Notes under the pieces: generated by a model
Databases searched by the model: none
What the model saw: the letters and a program-made list of their open reading frames with translations, nothing else
What the model was told of the DNA's origin: nothing
Made by a program: the position numbers and the translations under genes
Shown here: in pieces, positions 49,845-60,314 of the stretch
Numbering within the stretch: position 1 is the first letter of the stretch
How the letters are laid out: every line of letters starts with the position of its first letter
From: an uncultured Gemmatimonadales bacterium
GTDB lineage: Bacteria > Gemmatimonadota > Gemmatimonadetes > Gemmatimonadales > GWC2-71-9
DNA length: 64,000 bases
NCBI GenBank assembly: GCA_963730185.1
Contig: CAVSQW010000006.1
Coordinates: 224,001-288,000, forward strand
Direction of reading: 5' to 3'

Positions 49845-50939
49845 TTACTGGTGCTTCCGAAGATACGCCACCAAAGTGGTGATCTCGGCATCCGTGAGCT
49901 GGCGGGGGAGGATCATGTGACTCCCCTCCTTCATGGCCTGCGGATCGCGCAGCCACCGGGCCAGATTGGTCGGCGTGTTTTCGTACATCCCGGCCCCGAT
50001 CGTGGTCCGACTCCCCACGTGGCTCAGGTTCGGGCCCCGGAGCGTCATCGCCCCGGCCAACGGAGTGCCCACCATCGCGTGACAACTGATGCAACCGCCC
50101 GTCAGGAAGGTCGCCTGCCCCTTCGCGTTGACCGGATCGGCCTTCTCGGTGCTGTCGGCCTGGGGCGAGAGCTTGCCCGCGCTCACCAACGGCGACCCCC
50201 GCTGCTGCGAGGCCACCCACCGGTCGAACTCCTCCTGGGTCTGGACGATCACCCGGAATCCCATCCGGCCGTGCTGCACACCGCAGAGCTCGGCGCACTG
50301 CCCGGTGTAGTACCCCGTGGTGTCGGCCGTGAACCAGAGCGGGTTGACCTTCTTGAATTTGGTCTGCGAAAAGATCGGAAAGACGTCCCGTTTGGCCGCC
50401 ATCCGCGGGAACCAGAAGCTGTGCACGACGTCGGCGCTCCACATCCGGAGCCCGATCATCTGGTGCACCGGGACGTGCATCTCGTTGGCCGTGACGACCT
50501 TGAGGTCGGGGTACCGGAACTCCCACCACCACTGGTGACCGATCACTTCGACCGTCACGTCGGGATGCTCGGCCGGCAGCGAGGTCTTGAAGATCGTGCG
50601 CACCGTGGGAACCGCGATGAAGACCAGAATCAACGCCGGGATCGCCGTCCAGACGATCTCCAGCGTGGTGTTGCCGTGGGTCTGCGTCGGCTCCGGAGCG
50701 CCGGGCTTGGCCCGGAACCGGACGATCGCGTAGATCAGCGCGCCTTCGACCAGAACGAACACCACCACCGCCCACCAGAACGTGGTCCGGAAGAGCGAGT
50801 CGATGAGCCGCGTGATGTCGGATTCGGGACGAAGCGTGCTCTGCGGATAGTTCTCGACACAGCCGGCGAGCGCCAAGGCCAGAAACAGCGCCGAGGAGCC
50901 GAGCCAGGCGCGCCAGGAGCGTCCGGGGCGACTTACCAT
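49845..50939 (-). CDS. ctaC: Cytochrome c oxidase subunit II with fused cytochrome c (caa3 type), lipoprotein
   Basis: LAGC lipobox, HQWWW, DVVHSFW, CuA site CAELCGVQHGRM and haem c site CISCH. Confidence 0.94.
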   Translation of the reverse strand: MVSRPGRSWRAWLGSSALFLALALAGCVENYPQSTLRPESDITRLIDSLFRTTFWWAVVVFVLVEGALIYAIVRFRAKPGAPEPTQTHGNTTLEIVWTAIPALILVFIAVPTVRTIFKTSLPAEHPDVTVEVIGHQWWWEFRYPDLKVVTANEMHVPVHQMIGLRMWSADVVHSFWFPRMAAKRDVFPIFSQTKFKKVNPLWFTADTTGYYTGQCAELCGVQHGRMGFRVIVQTQEEFDRWVASQQRGSPLVSAGKLSPQADSTEKADPVNAKGQATFLTGGCISCHAMVGTPLAGAMTLRGPNLSHVGSRTTIGAGMYENTPTNLARWLRDPQAMKEGSHMILPRQLTDAEITTLVAYLRKHQ

Positions 50940-51150
50940 TGCGATATCGATCCCATAGAGAGGGGGCCCGCTGCTGGGGGCCCGGGAACGTGCCTCAAAG
51001 CCGGGGAAGCTTATTCGAGACAAGAGGTTGGGTCAAGCACATCCGGCGAGCGTTCTCGTCGGGTTTTCGGGATGCCGCCGTGCCACCCCCCGGCCGGCCG
51101 GTTACCTTTCCTTGGCACTCGTACCCTGACCCGTCCGCGAGGGACCGAAG

Positions 51151-51876
51151 ATGACCCGAAATCTCGCCACGCTCGCTCTAGCGTTGCTCCCGTTCGCCGT
51201 GCCGACCCCGGCCTGCGCCCAGTCGTCGTCGTTCGAAGGCGTGATCGTCGCCACCATGTACATGGGCGAGAAGCCCATGGAGATGACCACCCGCTACAAG
51301 GGCTCCATGGCCAGGATGGAGGTCCCGATGGGCCCCGCCGCCGGCGCCTATCAGCTCCTCGACCTCGGCACCGGCACCATGACCGCGGTGATGCCGGCCC
51401 AGAAGATGTTCATGAAGATGGACCTCAACGCCACCCGGGAGGAAATGGCGGACAAGGCCGACAAGGCCACCCCGCCGAAGGTCACCGCGACCGGCAAGAC
51501 CGAGACCATCGCCGGGCACAGTTGCGCCCACTATCTGATCGAGTCCGAAAGCGGCAAGAAGGACGACACGATGGACGTCTGCGCCGCCACGGGCATGGGC
51601 TATTTCGGCACGATCGGCGCAAACCCGATGGCCCGAGGCCATTCCCCCGCGTCGGTCCCGCTCAAGTTCCGGGAGCTCTACGCCCGATTCAAGGACGGAT
51701 TCCAGCCCCTCAAGGTCGAGCGCCTCGAGGGCGACAAGCGGATCCTGATGCTCCAGGTCAAGTCGATCGAGAAAGGGCCCCAGGACGCCGCCCTGTTCAA
51801 GGTGCCCGATGGCTTCCGGGACATGTCCGGGATGATGCGGGGCCGGATGCCGGGCGCGAAGCCGCCCCGCGGGTAA
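51151..51876 (+). CDS. Secreted DUF4412-like protein
   Basis: Signal peptide, FEGVI, TGKTETIAGHSC and FKVPDGF. Confidence 0.7.
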   Translation: MTRNLATLALALLPFAVPTPACAQSSSFEGVIVATMYMGEKPMEMTTRYKGSMARMEVPMGPAAGAYQLLDLGTGTMTAVMPAQKMFMKMDLNATREEMADKADKATPPKVTATGKTETIAGHSCAHYLIESESGKKDDTMDVCAATGMGYFGTIGANPMARGHSPASVPLKFRELYARFKDGFQPLKVERLEGDKRILMLQVKSIEKGPQDAALFKVPDGFRDMSGMMRGRMPGAKPPRG

Positions 51877-52006
51877 GGAAGGACCGCCCGGCGGCGGGAT
51901 TCCGTTTTCCCCCGCCGAGCACTATGGTAATGAATCGGATGGTATCGTGCGCCCGGCGGACCGAACTCCGCCGGGCCAGCTTCTTTTGTTGCTCGGCGAG
52001 CGTCTC

Positions 52007-52477
52007 ATGATCCAGGAAACGCGGGACAAGCTGGGGAAGGAGATCGAGGCGCTGAGCTACGAGCTCAACGTCACCCTCCCCCAGTCCATCGCGACCGCCG
52101 TCGCGCTCGGCGACCTTCGGGAAAACTCCGAATACAAGGCCGCCCTCGAGCGCCAGCAACTGGTCCAGGCCCGCCTCGGACAGCTGCACCACCGGCTTCA
52201 GCAGTTGAGCGAGCTCTCCACGGCCAACGCCCCCACCGACCGGGTCGGGTTGGGGTCTCGGGTCACCGTGATCGACATCGAGACCGACGAGGCCGAGACC
52301 TACCAGGTGGTGCTGGCCGAGCTGATGGACATCGATGCCGGCCACATCTCCCTCGGCTCCCCGCTGGGGCTGGCCCTCAAGGACCGGAAGGTGGGCGAAG
52401 AAGTCACCCTCAAGCTCCCCACCATGATCCGACGGCTCCGGGTGCTCGAGCTGACCACCGTTCACGAGCTGGGGTAG
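52007..52477 (+). CDS. greA: Transcription elongation factor GreA
   Basis: GDLRENSEYKAA, ISLGSPLGLAL and VGEEV motifs. Confidence 0.92.
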   Translation: MIQETRDKLGKEIEALSYELNVTLPQSIATAVALGDLRENSEYKAALERQQLVQARLGQLHHRLQQLSELSTANAPTDRVGLGSRVTVIDIETDEAETYQVVLAELMDIDAGHISLGSPLGLALKDRKVGEEVTLKLPTMIRRLRVLELTTVHELG

Positions 52478-52485
52478 GACCCCGC

Positions 52486-52854
52486 ATGGAGTTTCCACCC
52501 AAGCGGCTTCTCGTCGTCGGCGATCGCGTCCTCATCACCCCCGAGGACGGGGAGGAGCGGACCCGGGTGGGGCTCTATCTCCCGGCCACCGCCGTCGACA
52601 CCCAGCAGGTCCAGCAGGGGCTGATCATCGCCACCGGTCCCGGCGACCCCGTGCCCGACGCGTCCAGCTTCGACGAAGAGCCCTGGAAAGCGGACGAGAA
52701 GACCCCGCGCTATCGGCCGATGCAAGCTCGGATCGGCGACCACGCGATCTTCTTCCGGAAGGCCGCCGTGGAGATCACCTTCGAAGACAAGCGCTACTTG
52801 GTCGTTCCCCAGGCCGCCATCCTGGTCCTGGTGCGGGACGACCTGCCGATCTGA
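52486..52854 (+). CDS. GroES/Cpn10-family protein (no adjacent groEL)
   Basis: GDRVLI..EERTRVGLYLP..GLIIATGPG..IGDHAIF..YLVVPQAAIL. Confidence 0.8.
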   Translation: MEFPPKRLLVVGDRVLITPEDGEERTRVGLYLPATAVDTQQVQQGLIIATGPGDPVPDASSFDEEPWKADEKTPRYRPMQARIGDHAIFFRKAAVEITFEDKRYLVVPQAAILVLVRDDLPI

Positions 52855-52906
52855 ACATCGCCATCCCGTGACCGGCAAGCCGTTCCGGGGTGACCGTCGA
52901 AGAGAC

Positions 52907-53386
52907 ATGCCGGACCACGCCCCCCACCTCCCCTCGCCCGAGCCGGCCCAGCTCCAGCCGAAGTCCCTCTTCGCCAAGGCGCTCCGGCTCCGCTGTCCCG
53001 TCTGCGGCGGCCACCCGATCTTCCTCAGCTGGTTCACCGTCTGCTCGTCCTGCCCGGTCTGCGGCTTCCACCTCGACCGGGACGAGCCGGGCTATTGGCT
53101 CGGGAGCTACACCATCAACCTGTTCGCGACCGAGGGGGTCTTCGCGGCCTTCTTCGTGCTCGGCATGGTCGTGACCTGGCCGGCCGTGCCTTGGAACGGC
53201 CTGCTCTACGGCGGCCTGGCCCTGGCGGTGGTGACACCGATCCTGCTCTTCCCGCACACCAAGACGCTCTATCTGGCGGTCGATCTCTGCTTCCGGCCCC
53301 CCGAGCCGGAGGATCTGGCCACCCCGATCGAGCGGGGCTTCGTGACGCCTCGCCCGCCGTCCGACAGCCGTCAGATCACCGGCTGA
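52907..53386 (+). CDS. DUF983 family membrane protein
   Basis: RCPVCG..CPVCG..RDEPGY followed by two TM segments. Confidence 0.75.
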   Translation: MPDHAPHLPSPEPAQLQPKSLFAKALRLRCPVCGGHPIFLSWFTVCSSCPVCGFHLDRDEPGYWLGSYTINLFATEGVFAAFFVLGMVVTWPAVPWNGLLYGGLALAVVTPILLFPHTKTLYLAVDLCFRPPEPEDLATPIERGFVTPRPPSDSRQITG

Positions 53387-53395
53387 GCCCGCGGG

Positions 53396-55045
53396 TCAGG
53401 GCACCGCCTTGATCCCGCAGCTCCCGTCCGCCGCCCGGACGGTGGGGTAGCTGACTCCGAGCTGTTCGAGGTAGCTCCCGTACTTGGTGGGATCGTAGTA
53501 GTACGCCTTCATCGCGGGACGGAACTGTTCCAGAATGCCCCGGTTCAGGTCGATCGCCGGCTGGTCGCCGGGACGGATCAAGGGCTCGTAGTGCTGGTCC
53601 TTGTTCTGCACGTTCCGGAAGTAGTCCCAGGCATTCTGCACCAGGCCCGGCGTGAGGAGCAGGTCGAGCATGGTAAGGGCCATGGCCTTGGCCCCCGCCG
53701 TCGCGCCCTGGTGCGCCACCGGGGTGGCCATTGCGATCGCGTCGGTCCAGTTGTGTCCCGGGAGCCCGGGGATGTTCGCCGGGAAGCGCAGAGTGACCGA
53801 GGGCACCGTCCAGGTCACGTCGCCGATGTCGTCGGAGCCGCCCCCCCGGTTGTCGGCGTCGGCCACCGGACCGCGGAGGCTGTCCGGGGTCGAGTCGAGC
53901 CCCTGGATCTTGACCTTCATCTCTTCCTGGAGCGCCTTGGCGAACCGCTCGTCGGCCTCCGACCACACCGGCATCCCGACCCGCTCGATGTTCTTCATCA
54001 TCGCCTCGGCCACCGGCTTGTTGTGGTGCTGGGGCCAGGCGGCGCCGAGCACCCGGACGGGCTCGAGCGTGGTTCCCGTCATCAAGGCGGCGCCCTGGGC
54101 GATCGAGTCGGCGATCGCCCACAGGCTCTTGATGGCGGGGTAGTTGGTCTCCCTGAGGTAGTACCAGACCGAAGCGACCTGGGGCACCACGTTCGGCTGG
54201 TCGCCGCCGTTGGTGATCACGTAGTGCGACCGCTGCTGGAGCCGAAGGTGCTCGCGCCGGAAGTTCCAGGCGACGTCCATCAGCTCCACCGCGTCGAGCG
54301 CGCTCCGTCCCCGCCACGGCGCGCCGGCGGCGTGGGCCGAGGCGCCCCGGAAGGTGTACTCCAGCGAGATCAGCCCGTTGCCACTCGGCTGTCCCCAGGA
54401 GGTCGTGAAGCCCGAGCTCACGTGACTGAAGAGGTTGACGTCGACGTCCCGGAAGAGCCCGGCCCGGACGAAATACGCCTTGGTGCCGACCAGCTCCTCC
54501 GCCACGCCGGGCCAGATCTTGAGCGTGCCGGGAAGCTTCTCCCGCTCCATCAGCCGCTTGACCGCAAGGGCCGCGGTGATGTTGACCGCTTGCCCGGAGT
54601 TGTGGCCCTCGCCATGGCCGGGAGCGCCCGGCACGATCGGGAGTCGGCAGGCGACGCCGGGCATCTGCGACGCCTTCGGGATCCCGTCGATGTCCGATCC
54701 GATGGCGATGACCGGCTTGCCCGCGCCCCAGGTCGCCACCCACGCGGTGGGAATCCCGGCGTAGTTCTCTTCGACGGTAAAGCCCTCCTTCCGGAGGAGG
54801 TCCACCAGGTAACGCGAGGTCTCGAACTCCTGGAAGCCCAGCTCGCCGAAGCTGAAGATCTGGTCGACCATGTCGGCCGTGAACCTGGCCCGGCCGTCGA
54901 TGTCGGTCAGCGCGTCGCGCTTGAGCCCCTCGAGCCGGGGGTCGGGACGGGGCGCCTTGGCCCGCGCCTGAGCCCCGAGTCCGGGGGCGACGGCGAGCAG
55001 AGCGGACAGGACCAGGGCCTGGCGCCAGGCCGTCAGTCTGGGCAT
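53396..55045 (-). CDS. Secreted M20 amidohydrolase (AbgB-like)
   Basis: ELGFQE, GHGEGHN, AEELVG, HAAGAPWRGRSALDA and GGSDDIGDV motifs. Confidence 0.85.
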   Translation of the reverse strand: MPRLTAWRQALVLSALLAVAPGLGAQARAKAPRPDPRLEGLKRDALTDIDGRARFTADMVDQIFSFGELGFQEFETSRYLVDLLRKEGFTVEENYAGIPTAWVATWGAGKPVIAIGSDIDGIPKASQMPGVACRLPIVPGAPGHGEGHNSGQAVNITAALAVKRLMEREKLPGTLKIWPGVAEELVGTKAYFVRAGLFRDVDVNLFSHVSSGFTTSWGQPSGNGLISLEYTFRGASAHAAGAPWRGRSALDAVELMDVAWNFRREHLRLQQRSHYVITNGGDQPNVVPQVASVWYYLRETNYPAIKSLWAIADSIAQGAALMTGTTLEPVRVLGAAWPQHHNKPVAEAMMKNIERVGMPVWSEADERFAKALQEEMKVKIQGLDSTPDSLRGPVADADNRGGGSDDIGDVTWTVPSVTLRFPANIPGLPGHNWTDAIAMATPVAHQGATAGAKAMALTMLDLLLTPGLVQNAWDYFRNVQNKDQHYEPLIRPGDQPAIDLNRGILEQFRPAMKAYYYDPTKYGSYLEQLGVSYPTVRAADGSCGIKAVP

Positions 55046-55156
55046 GATGCGACTCCTGAATTGGGATTGGGTAGCACCGATGTCTCAGGCGCTCCGTAAG
55101 GTAGCCCGGTCGGGGACGCCGGGAAGGTCCCAGCCGACCATGACGCGGGGCGTGCG

Positions 55157-55993
55157 ATGACGGCCGTGCGGTGGGTCGCAATCTGGGAGATCGTCTGCTC
55201 CGGATGGGGCGGGAGTCGGCCGGCGGCCCCCACCGACCTCACCGCGACCGCTATCTCGCCCTACGCCGTCGAGCTCCGCTGGCGGGACCGGAGCTCCGAC
55301 GAGCGCGGCTTCGTGGTGGAGCAGGCGACCGGGACCGTCTACCGGCGGGTGGGACTGGTCCCGCCGGATTCCACCCGGTGGGTACACCACGGCCTTTCGG
55401 CCGGCCGGACGGCGAGCTACCGGCTCAGGGCCTTCAATGCCGACGGAATCAGTTCGCCCTCGGCGACCGTGTCGGTCACCCCACCGGCGGCGGCGGACCC
55501 TCATCTCGCCCCCCTCGACCGGCCCGAGCCGGTCGGGGCCTGCACCACACCGGACCAGGTGGTCGCCGCCGCCGATCCGGCCGAGACCCGGGTGTTCCGA
55601 GGCATGGCTTTCGGTCGCCACCGGATCGATCTGATCCTGGACCGGAACAGCTGCGGCGCGAACTGCCAATCAGTGCTCTACGGCGAGCTGGGCGGCTGCT
55701 ATCGGGAGATCGGGCTCGTCTTCGCCGTCCCCGACGACTCGGGCCGGGGCTGGACCGAACGGGGGATCGACCCGGCGGGCTGGCCGATCATCGTGTCGCT
55801 GAGCCACATGAGCGCGTTCGAGACGGCCGTGGTGATCGAGCAGGTGCTCGGCCAGCGGCTACGGGTCGTCGACGCCTGGCGGGTCTGCGGCGGCCTCCGG
55901 AGCGTCGACGGCGATCCGCGCACGCTCGATCTGACCCAGCTGGCCCCGCCGTACGAAGATTGCCAGCTGGACTTCGGCCCGGATTCGGGGTGA
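55157..55993 (+). CDS. Fibronectin type III domain protein (start uncertain)
   Basis: PAAPTDLTATA..VELRWRDRS..GFVVEQ..YRLRAFNADG, with a Cys-rich C-terminal region. Confidence 0.6.
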   Translation: MTAVRWVAIWEIVCSGWGGSRPAAPTDLTATAISPYAVELRWRDRSSDERGFVVEQATGTVYRRVGLVPPDSTRWVHHGLSAGRTASYRLRAFNADGISSPSATVSVTPPAAADPHLAPLDRPEPVGACTTPDQVVAAADPAETRVFRGMAFGRHRIDLILDRNSCGANCQSVLYGELGGCYREIGLVFAVPDDSGRGWTERGIDPAGWPIIVSLSHMSAFETAVVIEQVLGQRLRVVDAWRVCGGLRSVDGDPRTLDLTQLAPPYEDCQLDFGPDSG

Positions 55994-56027
55994 CCGCCCG
56001 CCCCCGGGCGGCCGGCCACCTCCCTCC

Positions 56028-56762
56028 CTACCGGCCCCCGGGGAGCCGGCTCACCACCTTCCCGGCCGCGTCCAGGAACTCGAGGCTCGGCGCGCCGGTC
56101 GAGTCGACCTGAAGCAGAATCCGCGCCTTGCCGGCCCGATCCGAAAGTCGGAGCAGCGCCGTCTGGTCGGTGTTCCGCCCCACGTAGACCCGTTCCGCGA
56201 ACAATGGGGTCCCGTCCTTGGGCTGGAGGCTCGCGATCGCCGCCTGCTTGGCGGGACCGTCCGGCATTGTCCGGATGGTGTCCATCGCCGCGACCAGGTC
56301 AAGGATCGGCACGTTGGCCCGGTCGGCCACCGTGATCCCGGTCCGGCGGGTCCCGTTCTCGTCGATGTACTGGAGGTACAAGACCTGATCCTGATCGTAC
56401 TGATCAAACGACAGGTGCCCCATCGCGCTGTACTTCCCGTTCTCGGTCTTCCCGCCGAAGATGAGCCCGCCGTCCTCGGTCTCCTCGTCGTTGAAGAAGA
56501 TCAGACCGGGCCGGGTCCCGCCGGGATAGCCGAACGGCTTCCCATAGGCGATCGGTCCGGGCGACTTCACCTTGTTCGAGATCACCAGGCGGAGCTTGCC
56601 GTCCGGCTCGACGACGTTGATTCGCTGGACATCGATCTCGTCGAACTTGGGATGCCGACTCTGCCGGAACGCCCCCAGGGTGAAGATGCCGAGCAGCGCG
56701 GTGGCCGCCACCGCGTAGAGCCGGAGCACCTGGAGCTCGGTGATTCGCCGCCTGTCCGTCAT
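56028..56762 (-). CDS. Conserved hypothetical membrane-anchored protein
   Basis: N-terminal TM helix then FDEIDVQRINVVEPDG... Protein-like composition, with an ATGA overlap with the paaZ stop. Confidence 0.7.
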   Translation of the reverse strand: MTDRRRITELQVLRLYAVAATALLGIFTLGAFRQSRHPKFDEIDVQRINVVEPDGKLRLVISNKVKSPGPIAYGKPFGYPGGTRPGLIFFNDEETEDGGLIFGGKTENGKYSAMGHLSFDQYDQDQVLYLQYIDENGTRRTGITVADRANVPILDLVAAMDTIRTMPDGPAKQAAIASLQPKDGTPLFAERVYVGRNTDQTALLRLSDRAGKARILLQVDSTGAPSLEFLDAAGKVVSRLPGGR

Positions 56763-58810
56763 GCCGCCTCCGGCCGCCGGGCCACCAAGGTGAGGATCGA
56801 GTAGACCGCGCAGATTTCCGCCTCCTGATTCGCGACCTCCACGTCCCACTCCACCACCCCCTGCGGCACCCCGTCGGCCGGGGTCTCCTTGGCGGTCTTC
56901 TGCTTGCAGGTGAACCGGACTGAGATGGTGTCGCCCGGGTAGACCGGCTTCGTGAACCGGAGCGCCTCGAGCCCGTAGTTGGCGAGCACCGGCCCCTTGG
57001 CCGGGTGCACGAACAGGCCGGCCGCGGCCGAGACCACGAAGTAGCCGTGCGCCACCCGGCGCTCGAAGAGCGAGTCCTGGGCGGCGATGGCGTCGGTGTG
57101 AGCGTAGAAGTAGTCGCCCGAGAGGCCGGCGAAGTTGACCAGATCGGCCTCGGTCACGGTGCGCCGGTGGGTGAAGAGCGTGTCGCCGACCTCGATCTCC
57201 TCGAAGTACTTGGTGAACGGATGCGCCACGTCGGTCGGCGTATCGGCTCCCTTCATCCAGACCCGCATCGTGTGGGTGAGCGTCTGGGGATGCCCCTGCA
57301 TCGCCGTCCGCTGCATGTAGTGGAGCACCCCGCGGATCCCGCCCATCTCCTCGCCGCCGCCGGCCCGCCCCGGGCCGCCGTGGACCAGGTGGGGCATCGG
57401 CGAGCCGTGGCCGGTCGACTCCTTGGCCGACCTCCGGTTCAGGCACATGATCCGCCCGTGATAGGCCGCCGTCCCCAGCACCACCCGGCGGGCCACCTCG
57501 TCGTCGCCGGTGAAGACCGACCCGCAGAGGCTTCCCTTCCCGCGCTTGGTGAGCTCGATCGCCTCGTCGAGCGACCGATACCCCATGACCGAGTTCACCG
57601 GCCCGAACGCTTCGATGTCGTGGACCTCGCTCCGCCCGAGCGGATCGGCGCAGTGGAGCAGCACCGGCGGGAAGAAGGCGCCCTTGGCTCGATCCGCGCC
57701 GGTCACGCTGAAGCCCTCGAGATCGCCGAACGCCAGCTCCGCCCCGGCCCGGAGCGCCGCGACGCTCTTGCGGACTTCGTCCACCTGCTCCCGGCTCGCG
57801 AGCGGTCCCATTCGAACGCCCTCCACCGCCGGGTCGCCGAGGGTGGCTCCGGCCAGCCGCTTGCCCAGCGCCTTGATGACGTCGTCCACCAAGGCCTCCG
57901 GCACGATGGTCCGGCGGATCGCGGTGCAGCGCTGCCCCGCTTTGATCGTCATCTCCCGCCCGACCTCCTTGACGAAGAGGTCGAATTCCTCGGTGCCGGG
58001 CCCGTCGTCGGGACCGAGCAGGCAGAAGTTGAGCGAGTCGGCCTCCATGTTGAACCGGACCGACTCCTCGATGATCTTGGGGTGCGCCTTGAGCTTCCGG
58101 CCGGTCGTGGCCGAGCCGGTGAAGGTGACCACGTCCTGGCAGGTAAAATGCTCGAACAGGTCGCCCACCGAGCCGACGATCAGCTGGAGCGCGCCCTCGG
58201 GGAGGATCTTCGACTCGATCATCATCCGGACCATGAGCTCGGTCAGATAGCTCGTGGCGGTGGCCGGCTTGACGATCGAAGGCATGCCGGCGAGGAAGGT
58301 CGGCGCCAGCTTCTCGAGCATGCCCCAGCAGGGAAAGTTGAAGGCGTTGATGTGGACCGCGACACCCTCGAGCGGGACGCAGAGGTGCCGGCCGACGAAG
58401 GTCCCGCCCCGGGAGAGCGGCTCCATCGCGCCGTCGACGTAGAACGGCTCGTTGGGAAGCTCTCGCCGGCCCTTGCTCGAATATGCGAAGAAGGTGCCGA
58501 TCCCTCCCTCGATGTCGACCCACGAATCGCTCTTGGTGGCGCCGGTCGCGGCGGAGAGGGCGTAGAGCTCGTCCTTCCGGCCCATCAGGTACTGGGCCAC
58601 CGCCTTGAGCATCCGGGCTCGCTCGTGGAAGGTGAGCTGCCGCATCGCCGGACCGCCCACCCGCCGGCCGTACTCCAGCATGCCCTTGAAGTCGAGGCCC
58701 TGGCTCGATGCCTCGGCCACGGGCTCACCGGTGACCGCGTGGGAGAGGGTCTTCGCCTTGCCACCGCCGGTCACCCATTGTCCCTGCACATAGCTCGCCA
58801 GCTTCTTCAC
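56759..58810 (-). CDS. paaZ: Phenylacetate pathway bifunctional oxepin-CoA hydrolase/aldehyde dehydrogenase
   Basis: [45 protein letters not shown] and a C-terminal MaoC domain. Confidence 0.95.
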   Translation of the reverse strand: MKKLASYVQGQWVTGGGKAKTLSHAVTGEPVAEASSQGLDFKGMLEYGRRVGGPAMRQLTFHERARMLKAVAQYLMGRKDELYALSAATGATKSDSWVDIEGGIGTFFAYSSKGRRELPNEPFYVDGAMEPLSRGGTFVGRHLCVPLEGVAVHINAFNFPCWGMLEKLAPTFLAGMPSIVKPATATSYLTELMVRMMIESKILPEGALQLIVGSVGDLFEHFTCQDVVTFTGSATTGRKLKAHPKIIEESVRFNMEADSLNFCLLGPDDGPGTEEFDLFVKEVGREMTIKAGQRCTAIRRTIVPEALVDDVIKALGKRLAGATLGDPAVEGVRMGPLASREQVDEVRKSVAALRAGAELAFGDLEGFSVTGADRAKGAFFPPVLLHCADPLGRSEVHDIEAFGPVNSVMGYRSLDEAIELTKRGKGSLCGSVFTGDDEVARRVVLGTAAYHGRIMCLNRRSAKESTGHGSPMPHLVHGGPGRAGGGEEMGGIRGVLHYMQRTAMQGHPQTLTHTMRVWMKGADTPTDVAHPFTKYFEEIEVGDTLFTHRRTVTEADLVNFAGLSGDYFYAHTDAIAAQDSLFERRVAHGYFVVSAAAGLFVHPAKGPVLANYGLEALRFTKPVYPGDTISVRFTCKQKTAKETPADGVPQGVVEWDVEVANQEAEICAVYSILTLVARRPEAA

Positions 58811-58909
58811 GTCGTCTCCCTGGGTCCTGCGAGGTCGTGGTCGGTTGCGCCCAGGTAATCTATCCGGCACCGGGGGCGAATCGGGGCCGGCGGTCCGGCG
58901 ACGCCGGCC

Positions 58910-60271
58910 TCAGGCCCCAGCCACGACGGCCTGGGAGCGGGCTCGCCGGAACAGGTACCACCCGATGGCCGTGGGGACCACCACGCCGAGGGCCATCTTG
59001 ACCTCGAAGGTCAGGGGACTCTCCACGTCCGCCGTGGGAATGAAGGCGGCGACCATCCCGAAGACGGTGGTGACGAGACCGATCCAGCCGGCGGCCCGGG
59101 CCCCGGGGCCGACGCCGGAGAGCCGGGCCAGGGCCAGGAAGAGGTACACGAATGGGATCAGCTGAATCACGATCGAGGCCTTGAGGAGGATCTGAAAGGC
59201 CTCCCCGACGGTCGAGCCGACCAGCGACATCAGGGTGAGCAGCCCGGCCAGGGCCGCGCAGGTGATCAGCGCAACGTAGGGCGAGTGCCACCGGGGATGG
59301 ACTCGGCCCAAGGCGGCAGGCAGCGCACTGCTGAGGCCGGCCACGAACGGGATCCGCGAGGAGCCCGCGAACCAGGCCGAGGTGGCGCCACCGATGGAGA
59401 GACCCATCAGAATCGCGATCGGGGCGACGATCCAGGTCAGTCGGGCGTCGACCGCGCTGGCGCTCACCGCCTGCATGATGCCCTGGATCACGCCCAGCTT
59501 GGCGATCGGCACCAGCGCCTGGACCGCGGCCGTCACCAGCTCGTACGAGAGCAGCGCCACCGCGCCCGCGATGAAGATGGCGGGCCGGAGGTCGCGGGCC
59601 GGATCGCGGATCTCGTCCCCCATCGTCGACGCCAGCTCGATTCCGATGAAGGCAAAGCACATGACGCTGAAATTCGCGGCCAGGTCCCAGCCCACGCCCG
59701 TCGCCAGCGGGGGAATGGAGGCCTGCCCCCGGGCCCAGGTGACCCCGGCCGCCAGGAGGACCAGCACCACCGTCAGGGCGGTGCCGATCCCACCCAGGTT
59801 CTGCACCCATTTGCCCACCCCGAGACCGCGGACGTTGAGGAAGGTGATCAGCCCGAGCCAGCCGAACGCCACGGCCGCGACGAACCCCTTCTGGTCGACC
59901 AACCCCGCGGTGCCCGCGCCGCCACCGAAGGCGAAGATGCCGGCCATGTAGACGAGCAGGACCGGAACGTAGAAGAGGTTGTTGGTCCAGTAGCACCAGC
60001 CCGACAGAAACCCGTGCGCCTCGCCGAACTCCTTCCGGGTCCACAGGTAGATGCCGCCCTCGCCCGGGTAGCGACGCGCCAGCGTCAGCACCGCCACGGC
60101 CTCGGGCACGAAGAACGCCGCGAACGCCAGCGGCCAGAGCACCAGGGAGACGCGACCGTAGACCGCCGTCGGGGTGACGTTGTTGACGTTGACGATGGCC
60201 ACGATCTTGAGCAGGACGAGATCCCAGCGGCCCAAGGCGCGGCTGACGGCGGTGCGATCGGCTCCGGTCAC
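58910..60271 (-). CDS. APC family amino acid/polyamine permease
   Basis: About 12 TM segments, YPGEGGIYLW and FIGIELAS. Confidence 0.88.
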   Translation of the reverse strand: MTGADRTAVSRALGRWDLVLLKIVAIVNVNNVTPTAVYGRVSLVLWPLAFAAFFVPEAVAVLTLARRYPGEGGIYLWTRKEFGEAHGFLSGWCYWTNNLFYVPVLLVYMAGIFAFGGGAGTAGLVDQKGFVAAVAFGWLGLITFLNVRGLGVGKWVQNLGGIGTALTVVLVLLAAGVTWARGQASIPPLATGVGWDLAANFSVMCFAFIGIELASTMGDEIRDPARDLRPAIFIAGAVALLSYELVTAAVQALVPIAKLGVIQGIMQAVSASAVDARLTWIVAPIAILMGLSIGGATSAWFAGSSRIPFVAGLSSALPAALGRVHPRWHSPYVALITCAALAGLLTLMSLVGSTVGEAFQILLKASIVIQLIPFVYLFLALARLSGVGPGARAAGWIGLVTTVFGMVAAFIPTADVESPLTFEVKMALGVVVPTAIGWYLFRRARSQAVVAGA

Positions 60272-60314
60272 GAGCGAGCTCCGAGCTCGAGGAGAAAATC
60301 GGATCGGGCGGACG

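Noticed and set aside
47856..52010. 1384-aa plus-strand ORF
   Set aside because: It is an antisense shadow of the cox operon in high-GC DNA and has no motifs. Only its last 28 codons were considered, as a possible uORF.
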